In this document: in pieces, positions 47,915-56,418 of the stretch
Layout of the letters: the number at the start of each line of letters is the position of its first letter
Numbering within the stretch: position 1 is the stretch's first letter
From: a virus
Virus record (IMG/VR): IMGVR_UViG_3300032220_000699
Span: 32,001 to 96,000 of that record
Length of the DNA: 64,000 nt
Strand: one strand, 5' to 3'
Position numbers and translations under genes: made by a program
The notes under the pieces: model-generated
The model's input: only the letters and a program-made list of their open reading frames with translations
Databases searched by the model: none
What the model was told of the DNA's origin: nothing

Positions 47915-48190
47915 TTACTTCTTTTTATTATGTTCTAGCATACATTCAGAAGTCATTACTCGAAGAGTGGTTTCATCACAAATGTCAATATACCAGACAG
48001 CCTTGCTAAATTCCACAAACTCTTTAATAAAGGTATGAACATGTTCTTTAGCTTTAGACATTAAATAATGAACCTGGTCATCAACTTCTTTGTCATCCGA
48101 CTGATTGATAATAGCAGAAACAACCGGGCGATTGTCCTGTAGATGACGAATAACAACAGCAATTAATTTACCATGATGACTATTACTCAT
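47915..48190 (-). CDS. Hypothetical protein, 91 aa
   Basis: AAGGAG RBS, own early promoter. Confidence 0.7.
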   Translation of the reverse strand: MSNSHHGKLIAVVIRHLQDNRPVVSAIINQSDDKEVDDQVHYLMSKAKEHVHTFIKEFVEFSKAVWYIDICDETTLRVMTSECMLEHNKKK

Positions 48191-48205
48191 AACTTTCTCC
48201 TTGGT

Positions 48206-48234
48206 TAAGTTCAATAAGTATATATGTAACTATA
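48206..48234. repeat. 29-bp exact repeat, copy 2
   Basis: Identical to 16181..16209. Confidence 0.9.
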
Positions 48235-48242
48235 GAAAAATC
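48219..48242 (-). promoter_or_regulatory. Early-type promoter GA-N14-CATATATA
   Basis: 29 nt before 48190. Confidence 0.8.
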
Positions 48243-48271
48243 AGAGACCGGTCACCCGGTCTCTGACTTGA

Positions 48272-48553
48272 CTATTTTACTTTAAGATTACCAGAGATAA
48301 TCTTTCCGCCTTTACGTTTCACCTTAGCTTCTGTGTCGAGAGGAATAGTTCCATATCGAAACACATAAGCTTTGTGCATACGGTTTAACTTCGCAATATC
48401 GTCATCATTAAAGACAGTCACGTTTAATCGACGAGCAGCTCGACTAAGCATCATAAGCTCATGATCATCTTTGAGCAAATGAACAAGTGACTTCTCAATA
48501 AAAACGACAGGTTTGAAACCTTGAGCTTGGACTTCTTGAATTTGTTGTTCCAT
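48272..48553 (-). CDS. Hypothetical protein, 93 aa
   Basis: AGGTG RBS; terminator after the stop. Confidence 0.65.
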   Translation of the reverse strand: MEQQIQEVQAQGFKPVVFIEKSLVHLLKDDHELMMLSRAARRLNVTVFNDDDIAKLNRMHKAYVFRYGTIPLDTEAKVKRKGGKIISGNLKVK

Positions 48554-48576
48554 TGCTACACCTAGTTAGGTGACAG

Positions 48577-49023
48577 TTATTTTTGTGCTAACAGTTTAAT
48601 TTCAAAAATCTTCAGAGGGAGAACAGGATCAGCGTCTGACAGATAATTGATTAAAAGAAGAATATTCTTTACAGGACTCTTGCCGAACATCTGGGTGTAG
48701 ATATTATCCTCATCACTGTGTTCGTCCAAATAAACTTCAAAATTGGCAAGGTTAACCGCGATCGGATGAACACGATCACCTTCCATCTTATCAGAGTAAT
48801 AAAAGTAATCAGGTTTCAGTGAGTTAGCATCAATCTTAGCAATAAAATCATTAAGATCGGTGACCCAGTTACCAGACACTTTATCTTTAATACGGTACTG
48901 TTCAATACCATCACCATGAACTTTACGTTCAATCAGACGAGTAAGAAAAGCTTGAATAGAGAAAATGCGATCATCGCCAAGATTTGCGACGATAACATCT
49001 TTTACTTGTGAGTTGGTCATCAT
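48577..49023 (-). CDS. Hypothetical protein, 148 aa
   Basis: AAGGAG RBS. Confidence 0.7.
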   Translation of the reverse strand: MMTNSQVKDVIVANLGDDRIFSIQAFLTRLIERKVHGDGIEQYRIKDKVSGNWVTDLNDFIAKIDANSLKPDYFYYSDKMEGDRVHPIAVNLANFEVYLDEHSDEDNIYTQMFGKSPVKNILLLINYLSDADPVLPLKIFEIKLLAQK

Positions 49024-49036
49024 TTAAAAAAACTCC

Positions 49037-49471
49037 TTACGAAATTTCAACAGGGTTAATCGGTGTCATGAACTCGTGAAAATCCTTAACAGAAATTTTC
49101 ATGCTGAGATCTATATTGTAAATAACTTCACGCATAGTTAAGCGAATGTTTACAATATCATTCACTTCATTAGTTTCAGTTTCAACACCAACAATATCAA
49201 AAGTCATGCCTTCAAGTAAAGCAGTGTTAAACTTATGACATACTCCTGGTATTTCTTTCACATTGAAATAGAACTGAGCTAATTTATTCAGTTCACCATT
49301 ATTTATGATTTCACCTTTTTTAAGACGATCAATCAATGGACCAATTTCTGGATCAAGATCTCGTTTAGCGTTTGATCCCTGAGTAGCATCTGTTGTCGTA
49401 GAACTAAACTTTTTTAATACATCTTTCTTACCAATAAGTCTTTGTAGAAATTTTTTCATTTTTAATCTCAC
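49037..49471 (-). CDS. Hypothetical protein, about 140 aa
   Basis: Coupled to the upstream 479-aa ORF. Confidence 0.65.
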   Translation of the reverse strand: MRLKMKKFLQRLIGKKDVLKKFSSTTTDATQGSNAKRDLDPEIGPLIDRLKKGEIINNGELNKLAQFYFNVKEIPGVCHKFNTALLEGMTFDIVGVETETNEVNDIVNIRLTMREVIYNIDLSMKISVKDFHEFMTPINPVEIS

Positions 49472-50883
49472 TTACTATTAACAAATACCTGTAAGGATGT
49501 GTGAGCAGTTAAACTAACAGTTTGACTGCGTTGAGACATAACAGGACTCGGATTTGGATTACTATAACTGATGATAGCCATATGAATAACGCCGAAGACT
49601 TCAGTAATACCACCACCTTTATCTTCGTACAAAATTTTACATTTAGCAGCTGGGTATATAAAATCATGGTCTAAGTTGCTAACCTCAACTTTAATATAGT
49701 TCCCATTCTTACGTAGAAGGTCTGCAGTCAATTTAAACTGATTACCTGACACACTCTTATTAGGTGCAAAATTAAGACCGTCAGAACGCGATTTAAAGAT
49801 AACTTCAGAGCTAAGTTCATTACGTTTAAACTTAGGACCAGATTCAGTCATTTCAACAGGTTTCTTCATAAAGCTATTGGCGTTAGACATTCTAAAACCA
49901 CTACCTGAAGACATCACAGAAGTTTCTTTGTTATCACTGATCTTGGATATGTTATGCGGCAATATTCTAAGAACTTTATCTTTATACTTATAGGTGTTAT
50001 CACCACCAGAGTGACTTGACGAAATAGGAGCAAAGAACATTGTCTTAAACTCTGATTTTTGATATTTGTCTCCATTGTAGAGACTATAAATAAACATATT
50101 CTTTTTATAAGTATAAGGGTCAGTTCCAAACTTCTGAACATAACATCCTATACCACCGTTATAAACACCAATATTCTTTTCTTGAATTAACTCAGGAAGT
50201 TCAATAATTCGTGTGAATGAAGGAACAGTGACTGCCTTTAAATTATCGGAGTTATCTGGTTCTTCAATATCAATACCATCTAGAGCTGGTTTATTTTCAA
50301 TAAGTATCTTATTGGATTGTTCTGAGATTAGACTCTTAAAGAAAGTCGCAATCCCCATGTCTTTATTACCATTGATACCTTTATCAAAGTTACCTTGAGT
50401 CGTTTTTATCCGCAATGTTTCAACCGAACGATCTAACAACTGAAAAGTAACAATCAACGGCATCTGATTATTTAAATCATCTTTTGTTTGTTTAATAGTG
50501 TTAGGAACAGAACTATTCTTTTCTAATAAGTAAACACCCTTATAACGTTCTTTAACAGTTAAAGGTGAACCATTGGTTTGACGAAGTTGTTTCGTCGTAA
50601 TAATAGTGATTTCGATATTATCGAGTTTATCGTAAACATCATATAAGAAAGTACCAGGAGGTATGCTCAGTTTAACTTCAATATAGTCAGAAATATTTTC
50701 AATATAATCTCTAACAATATAGATATCAACAAGAGCAATACCATCAGTATAATCTAAGTCTTTTTCATCTGTATGCAGTTTTGTTTCGAAAGCAAAAATT
50801 GCATCATAATCTTGAGCTGGATTCTCGATGATGTCCTGAATATCTGGATAGAGCATCGAGGATTCTACGGACATTGCAGACAT
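49468..50883 (-). CDS. phiKZ-like virion structural protein, about 470 aa
   Basis: Late motif TTTGACC 25 nt before ATG 50883. Confidence 0.55.
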   Translation of the reverse strand: MSAMSVESSMLYPDIQDIIENPAQDYDAIFAFETKLHTDEKDLDYTDGIALVDIYIVRDYIENISDYIEVKLSIPPGTFLYDVYDKLDNIEITIITTKQLRQTNGSPLTVKERYKGVYLLEKNSSVPNTIKQTKDDLNNQMPLIVTFQLLDRSVETLRIKTTQGNFDKGINGNKDMGIATFFKSLISEQSNKILIENKPALDGIDIEEPDNSDNLKAVTVPSFTRIIELPELIQEKNIGVYNGGIGCYVQKFGTDPYTYKKNMFIYSLYNGDKYQKSEFKTMFFAPISSSHSGGDNTYKYKDKVLRILPHNISKISDNKETSVMSSGSGFRMSNANSFMKKPVEMTESGPKFKRNELSSEVIFKSRSDGLNFAPNKSVSGNQFKLTADLLRKNGNYIKVEVSNLDHDFIYPAAKCKILYEDKGGGITEVFGVIHMAIISYSNPNPSPVMSQRSQTVSLTAHTSLQVFVNSK

Positions 50884-50901
50884 AATAATCCCAGAATGAT
50901 A

Positions 50902-50908
50902 GGTCAAA
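50902..50908 (-). promoter_or_regulatory. Late-type motif TTTGACC
   Basis: 25 nt before 50883. Confidence 0.55.
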
Positions 50909-50967
50909 TCATGAATAGGATAAGTTAAAAAAAAAAAAGCACCAGAGTGTTACCTCCGGTGTCTTTT

Positions 50968-51252
50968 TTATTCTGGTTGACTTAAATCTAAAGACTTAGG
51001 AAGTTTGATAGTTCCATTAGCAATAGCCTTAGACAACATATCGTCTATTTCCTGTAAATCTTTCCTACGTTCTATATCGTCAGGATGCATTGGTTTTTCA
51101 TCTTCCTCGATAGGAACAGGTTTCCAATCCATCCAGCTTTGTTCTCTATATTGAAGTTGATCATGATGAACCAATACATATTGAGTAGGTCCACCTAGTC
51201 TTCCATTCCTATCGGGAACATAAGACCAAGATCTAAAGATACGTATTTCCAT
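50968..51252 (-). CDS. Hypothetical protein
   Basis: TAATG stop/start overlap with the upstream ORF. Confidence 0.6.
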   Translation of the reverse strand: MEIRIFRSWSYVPDRNGRLGGPTQYVLVHHDQLQYREQSWMDWKPVPIEEDEKPMHPDDIERRKDLQEIDDMLSKAIANGTIKLPKSLDLSQPE

Positions 51253-51482
51253 TATCTTTTCAGCACACAAACTTCATAATCACCAATAGGATTAGCTTTA
51301 TTTAATTTAGCACAATCCTCTTCAGCTTCTTTAAAATCTTCGTAGCTTGGTTTGATATTTAGCGTCATAGCAGTAAAACTTCCATGACAGGAATACGATG
51401 CATGGACTGCATCAAGTTTTGGATCTTCAACAAAATAATGAACCCAAGAAGGTCCAGCATTTTTAACAATAATATATACCAT
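51252..51482 (-). CDS. Hypothetical protein, 76 aa
   Basis: AGGAG RBS, early promoter. Confidence 0.7.
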   Translation of the reverse strand: MVYIIVKNAGPSWVHYFVEDPKLDAVHASYSCHGSFTAMTLNIKPSYEDFKEAEEDCAKLNKANPIGDYEVCVLKR

Positions 51483-51507
51483 GTTTACTCCTGATTAGTA
51501 CAATCAA

Positions 51508-51531
51508 TATATATGTCAACCATTTATTTTC
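51508..51531 (-). promoter_or_regulatory. Early-type promoter GA-N14-CATATATA
   Basis: 26 nt before 51482. Confidence 0.75.
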
Positions 51532-51540
51532 AAATATAAA

Positions 51541-51569
51541 AAGAGCTACTGGTGATGCCAGTAGCTCTT
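51541..51569 (-). terminator. Terminator after nrdJ
   Basis: 12-bp inverted repeat. Confidence 0.8.
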
Positions 51570-51577
51570 CTATTTAA

Positions 51578-54088
51578 TTAACCACAGGTTCCTTCGTATC
51601 CACAAGCTTCGCAAATAGAACAACCATCACGTTTAACAAGATTATAAGCACCGCAGTCAGGACACTTTTTACCGGTTGGTGCAAGTTCCTTAACTTCAGA
51701 TGTCTCATTTTTGACTTCATTATTAGTAACAACCTCATCGACTTCATCAGTCATAGGTTCACCAGTGTCATTAACGATCTTATATTTCTTAGCCAATTTA
51801 CCTTCCTTGGTTAAGAAACCATCTTCAATCAGAGCTTGTTCAATAATATAACCCATAGCAGCGGCATCAGAACTATGCCACAGCGGAACAGGTTTGTTAT
51901 CCTTCATCTTGGTGCCATATCGAACAGTGCCATGTTCCCAACTGATCTCGCGCAGATTTTCAATCAGTTTAGTGACAGGAACACCGTAACGCGCACCAAC
52001 ACTCATCGTACGGAAAGCAGAGTCCCAAGAGGAACTGCTAACACCAAAGTTTGCTTCAAGAATAAATTCAACAGGACGACGAATAGTGATAGTACCAAAA
52101 CGAGTCTTGCGAATGATCTTCATGAAGCTAATAACAATCAGGAACTTCTTTTCACCATCGCTGGTATGGAAACGTTCCTTAATAGTAATGCTAGGCAGAG
52201 TACCATCTTTGCGTGACTCAAATGGTTGAGCATACATTTCATCGATGATCTGATCGAGTGTTTTGCCATTATCATCAAATTCTTCCTTGACGACAGGAGC
52301 GACAGTTGTCTCTTCCTTCTTAACAGAAAGAACCGCGCCCAGAATGTCATTCGGACGATAGGTGGCAAGACCTTTCAGACCAGACTTCCAAGCATACATG
52401 TACAGATCTTTAAACTTTTCATACGGATAATCAGCAGGAATATTAACTGTCTTAGAAATAGCTGTATCGATATAAGGTTGAACAGCCTTCATAATGTCAG
52501 TATGTGCTTCAACCGACATTTCCAAAGCTGTCACAAAGTTATCAGGCAACTTAGTCATGTCATGACCCATTGCACGATAATAACGCCAAGCATGGTCTGC
52601 CACTTCAAAAGTCTTCTTACTACCATCAGCCATACGCTTCAAACGGTCATAAACCCACGAGAACGGAGGTTCAATACCATTGGAAGCATTATCAGCAAAT
52701 GCCAAAGAGATCGTGCCGGTAGGAGCGATCGACAGCAGATGGGAGTTACGAATACCATGTTCAGCAATACGATCTTTGATATATTGCGGAAGCCGAGAAA
52801 TAAACTTACCTGACAAATACTTTTCTTTATCAAAGAACGGGAAAGCACCCTTTTCAATAGCAAGATCAATTGAAGTCATATATGCGGTGTCGCGCATAAC
52901 TTCAGAAACATACTTAGCAAAATCAACACCATCGGACTTGTTATACCACTTACCAAGCATGATGATTGCGTCACCAATGCCAAGGAAGCCAAGACCAATA
53001 CGGCGTTTATTCATTGCTTCTTGACGCTGCTTTTCCAGAGGCCAGGCAGTAGCGTCAAGAACATTATCCAACATACGAATAGCGATACGGACAGTATCCC
53101 TGAAGGCGTCTTCATCAAAGTAAGCTTCAGGTGTAAACGGGTTACGAACAAACTTGGTTAGATTGATGGAACCAAGATCACAGCAACCGTAAGGAGGAAG
53201 AGGTTGTTCAGCACACGGATTAGTGGCTTCAATGGTTTCGCAATAGTAAAGATTATTTTCTTCATTCATGCGATCAAGGAACAGGATACCTGGTTCGGCA
53301 AAGTCGTATGTCGACTTCATGACCAGATCCCAAAGATCAGATGCAGGAATAGTTTTCCAAACCCAGACACCTGTTGCTTCATCTAAGTAGCTATTGTTTT
53401 CTTCGATATAACCAGGACAAGGTTTAGCTTTGTGAACAAGTTGCCACATAGCTTTATCTTCAACAGCCTTCATGAACTTATCAGTCACACCGATAGATAG
53501 GTTGAAGTTATTGAATTCACCCTTGGTGCGTTTAGCTGTAATAAAACTAAAGATGTCTGGATGATCACAACGCAGAACACCCATTTGTGCTCCACGACGA
53601 CCGCCAGCAGATTCAACTGTTTCACACGAACGATCGAAAACACGCATGTAAGACAACGGACCTGATGCATGTGACTGAGTACCCTTGACGTACGCATCGA
53701 ACGGACGAATGCGACTAAAGTCATACCCCACACCACCGCCACGACGCATCGTTTCAGCAGCTTCACCCAGGGCAATATAAATAGAAGGATAACCGTCATG
53801 ATCAAAACCACTGACAGCATCACCAACTGGTTGGATAAAACAGTTAATTAAAGTAGATTCAGAGTTCATACCAGCGGCAGAATTAATGCGACCACCAGGA
53901 ATGAAACCATTCTGTTGTGCTTCAAAGAAAACAGGACCCCAATGATTAGGATCTTGCTCAATAGAAGCTAATGCAACCGCTACACGGCTTTGCAGTTGCG
54001 GAATATCTTGTTCACTACCTTTAGCATACTTCTCCATGAAGGCATCAATGCTAATTTCTTGCGGTTCAAGGTGCACAGCGGTGTTCAT
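51578..54088 (-). CDS. nrdJ: Class II (adenosylcobalamin-dependent) ribonucleotide reductase with C-terminal zinc ribbon
   Basis: FIPGGRI, LINCF, GGGVGYDFS, TNPCAEQPLPPYGCCDLGSINL, SIAPTGTISL, GLKGLATYR, CPDCG...CEACG; AAGGA RBS at 54088. Confidence 0.93.
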   Translation of the reverse strand: MNTAVHLEPQEISIDAFMEKYAKGSEQDIPQLQSRVAVALASIEQDPNHWGPVFFEAQQNGFIPGGRINSAAGMNSESTLINCFIQPVGDAVSGFDHDGYPSIYIALGEAAETMRRGGGVGYDFSRIRPFDAYVKGTQSHASGPLSYMRVFDRSCETVESAGGRRGAQMGVLRCDHPDIFSFITAKRTKGEFNNFNLSIGVTDKFMKAVEDKAMWQLVHKAKPCPGYIEENNSYLDEATGVWVWKTIPASDLWDLVMKSTYDFAEPGILFLDRMNEENNLYYCETIEATNPCAEQPLPPYGCCDLGSINLTKFVRNPFTPEAYFDEDAFRDTVRIAIRMLDNVLDATAWPLEKQRQEAMNKRRIGLGFLGIGDAIIMLGKWYNKSDGVDFAKYVSEVMRDTAYMTSIDLAIEKGAFPFFDKEKYLSGKFISRLPQYIKDRIAEHGIRNSHLLSIAPTGTISLAFADNASNGIEPPFSWVYDRLKRMADGSKKTFEVADHAWRYYRAMGHDMTKLPDNFVTALEMSVEAHTDIMKAVQPYIDTAISKTVNIPADYPYEKFKDLYMYAWKSGLKGLATYRPNDILGAVLSVKKEETTVAPVVKEEFDDNGKTLDQIIDEMYAQPFESRKDGTLPSITIKERFHTSDGEKKFLIVISFMKIIRKTRFGTITIRRPVEFILEANFGVSSSSWDSAFRTMSVGARYGVPVTKLIENLREISWEHGTVRYGTKMKDNKPVPLWHSSDAAAMGYIIEQALIEDGFLTKEGKLAKKYKIVNDTGEPMTDEVDEVVTNNEVKNETSEVKELAPTGKKCPDCGAYNLVKRDGCSICEACGYEGTCG

Positions 54089-54184
54089 TATCAGTCCTTT
54101 TCTTGTGTGAAAATTTGAAGAAATCTGTAATCCAAGTGATGGATGATAAAAATAAAAAAATGAATATTCGGGTAAAAATAAAAA

Positions 54185-54206
54185 GAGAGAGAACAAGTTC
54201 TCTCTC
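54185..54206 (-). terminator. Terminator in the nrdJ upstream region
   Basis: gagagagaac/gttctctctc plus U-tract, about 100 nt before nrdJ. Confidence 0.75.
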
Positions 54207-54344
54207 GGTAAAATACCTGTTTCAACTCATAGCGATATTACCAACTTTGAGTCTCAAAACATGAAAAAATAAACTATTCCTGAATCCTTAGTGTCGTTAT
54301 TTTTGTACCTGTGTACAAGGTATTTATAGTAAAATAAATAAAAA

Positions 54345-54369
54345 ATCAGAGGGCTAGATGCCCTCTGAT
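54345..54369 (-). terminator. Terminator after 54374 ORF
   Basis: atcagagggc/gccctctgat plus U-tract. Confidence 0.8.
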
Positions 54370-54373
54370 CTTC

Positions 54374-54577
54374 TTACGTTTGACATGTCTCGCAAATAGG
54401 TCTAACGATAATAAAGTACTCTTTAGTTGAAGAGTCTTGATAGTAAAAATTAGGTTGACAATTAGCCATATAAAGAAAATCTTTCAGGCTATATACTTTT
54501 GTCTTTCTTTTAATTTCAGTGTCACATTCAGCACACTGATAGATAACTATTGCCTCAATAGTCTGTTCAATTGTCAT
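54374..54577 (-). CDS. Small zinc-finger protein, 67 aa
   Basis: CAEC...CETC. Confidence 0.6.
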   Translation of the reverse strand: MTIEQTIEAIVIYQCAECDTEIKRKTKVYSLKDFLYMANCQPNFYYQDSSTKEYFIIVRPICETCQT

Positions 54578-54911
54578 TATGATAGTCTCTGAGATTCTTC
54601 AGACAATTATCACAGAGATGGTAAATAGGACCACAGGAACCTTCATCAGGATCTCGTGTAGCAGTTGTTTTACAATCAACAGCTTGACAATGATCACAAC
54701 TATAATTATATTCAGGATTTTCTTTAGCAGACAAGTACTTGTTATAACACTCGTCACACCAATCAATCAACTCACTACCGAATGAGTCAGTTTCCCCTAC
54801 TATACGATGTGTAGCAGGACGATCTTCATGATCATCACACATCATACCTTCAGGAACTTTAAGCTGTTGACCGGGAAGATAACTATTAGGTCCAATAACG
54901 TCAGCCATCAT
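54567..54911 (-). CDS. Cys-rich phage protein, 114 aa
   Basis: CDDH...GETDSFGSE...CDEC, CDHC...CDNC. Confidence 0.75.
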   Translation of the reverse strand: MMADVIGPNSYLPGQQLKVPEGMMCDDHEDRPATHRIVGETDSFGSELIDWCDECYNKYLSAKENPEYNYSCDHCQAVDCKTTATRDPDEGSCGPIYHLCDNCLKNLRDYHNDN

Positions 54912-55300
54912 ACTTCCACAGTAATGAGTTTATTTTCTATCAGATACTTGGTAACAAATACTTCTGTATCCAAATAACACTCAACATGTTCTTTATAAAC
55001 TCCTGAGTCTATTGTGGTTTCCATATTTTCATTTGTTTTATGTACCATATCTTTATTTTTTCTAGCAAAACTATCAAACAACGTAACCTGAATATTAGGT
55101 TGCTCGTGATTAAACGGTAAACGAAGTTTTCCAATTCTTTCATTTTTATAATAGATATAGGTCGACGAGTCAAACTTCAGTCCGATTTCGTTGGACATTT
55201 CATCTACAACAAAAGTACTGTCATCATTTAAATCAAGAAATAGACCAAAGCCTTCATCACCTACATCGAAAGCACGGACATTAATGCAGCGTTCTTTCAT
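54908..55300 (-). CDS. Hypothetical protein, 130 aa
   Basis: ATGA overlaps at both ends. Confidence 0.7.
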   Translation of the reverse strand: MKERCINVRAFDVGDEGFGLFLDLNDDSTFVVDEMSNEIGLKFDSSTYIYYKNERIGKLRLPFNHEQPNIQVTLFDSFARKNKDMVHKTNENMETTIDSGVYKEHVECYLDTEVFVTKYLIENKLITVEV

Positions 55301-55719
55301 TTTGTTACTCCTTTTTCTTCAGGGAATAGATATTCACGACACCAATCAACACGAGTTTGCATAAACTTGTGCATGTAATCAGCAATGATTTTATTATAGA
55401 ATTCTTCGATCGTAAACTTTTCATCAGGTTTAGGACCAAAGATAATACTTTCACCCAAAGGAACAATACCATTGAATGGAGCCATAATGATCTCAAGATA
55501 CAAAGTAGGTCGAGCACCTATCTCGAACTCTTTAATCTGAATCATCTCACGAAAAGCATTATCAATAACAATGAGAATATCTTTCAACCGCATATTGTTA
55601 TGGTATAAAGGACCTAGACACTCACGAAGAGATTCAACAGTAAAAGATTCTGCGTGACGTTTTGAGAAACGAAGAAGCTCGCATAAAGTTTCAGAAAAAG
55701 GTTTTTCTTTGGTTTCCAT
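55297..55719 (-). CDS. Hypothetical protein, 140 aa
   Basis: Translationally coupled. Confidence 0.7.
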   Translation of the reverse strand: METKEKPFSETLCELLRFSKRHAESFTVESLRECLGPLYHNNMRLKDILIVIDNAFREMIQIKEFEIGARPTLYLEIIMAPFNGIVPLGESIIFGPKPDEKFTIEEFYNKIIADYMHKFMQTRVDWCREYLFPEEKGVTK

Positions 55720-55997
55720 TATTTCACCAGTTCAATTTCGTGTTCTCTTACAAGAACGATGTCACTATTATCAGGATAGTTTTCTATCCCGCCCTTACCA
55801 AGTTTATTTTCAAAGAAATCTTGACTTAATAACAAGTAGACCGTAAAAGGTTTACGATCAGTAAAAATATTGGTGAAACCAAAGACATACATGGTTTCAC
55901 CACGCTGAGCGGCAGCCCAGCCATTTTCATTAAATAGAGTTTCTTTAATAATAACTTTATCGTTTTGCTTAAACTTAGTTTTGATCGGCGGATGCAT
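55719..55997 (-). CDS. Hypothetical protein, 92 aa
   Basis: Coupled; SH3-like strand pattern. Confidence 0.6.
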   Translation of the reverse strand: MHPPIKTKFKQNDKVIIKETLFNENGWAAAQRGETMYVFGFTNIFTDRKPFTVYLLLSQDFFENKLGKGGIENYPDNSDIVLVREHEIELVK

Positions 55998-56322
55998 TAG
56001 TAGCCTCTCTAGCTGCTTTGTTCAAAGCTTTAAGATATTCAATAATCTTTTCATCTGTCCAAGCATGAACCATAGTGTTATCTTTCGTAACATCATCTTC
56101 AGTGATAACTTTACGAATACTAGTATCAGACCAATCAATATTGACAACACGTTTGCGGTTACCAATCTCGATCAAACCAAGTGGAGTCTTAACTAACCAC
56201 CAAGGGTTAGCCATAATCATATCGACATATGCGGAAGGCCAATATTTGTTTTCAAGTTTCCATAATTTAAGAACTTTGATATCTGCAAGCAGGAACAAAG
56301 CCTTTACTTTTTCTTCAGTCAT
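55975..56322 (-). CDS. Conserved-looking phage hypothetical protein, 115 aa
   Basis: PWWLVKTPLGLIEIGNRKRVVNIDW; AGGAG RBS; early promoter. Confidence 0.75.
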   Translation of the reverse strand: MTEEKVKALFLLADIKVLKLWKLENKYWPSAYVDMIMANPWWLVKTPLGLIEIGNRKRVVNIDWSDTSIRKVITEDDVTKDNTMVHAWTDEKIIEYLKALNKAAREATNASADQN

Positions 56323-56352
56323 TTATTTCTCCTGTACGTTATATACAATTAT

Positions 56353-56376
56353 TATATATGGCATCATAGTACTTTC
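56353..56376 (-). promoter_or_regulatory. Early-type promoter GA-N14-CATATATA
   Basis: 31 nt before 56322. Confidence 0.75.
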
Positions 56377-56393
56377 TAAAACATAAAAAAAAA

Positions 56394-56417
56394 AACAAGG
56401 GACCGAAGTCCCTTGTT
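56394..56417 (-). terminator. Intrinsic terminator
   Basis: aacaagggac/gtcccttgtt. Confidence 0.8.
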
Positions 56418-56418
56418 C

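Noticed and set aside
16258-54088. Introns or inteins in the RNAP genes and nrdJ
   Set aside because: ORFs are continuous and of expected length; no intein termini or HINT motifs seen
54206-54345. Canonical cobalamin riboswitch or NrdR box
   Set aside because: AGGGAA/T-loop core and GACCUG 3' element absent; only a poor NrdR-like match; kept as a generic structured leader
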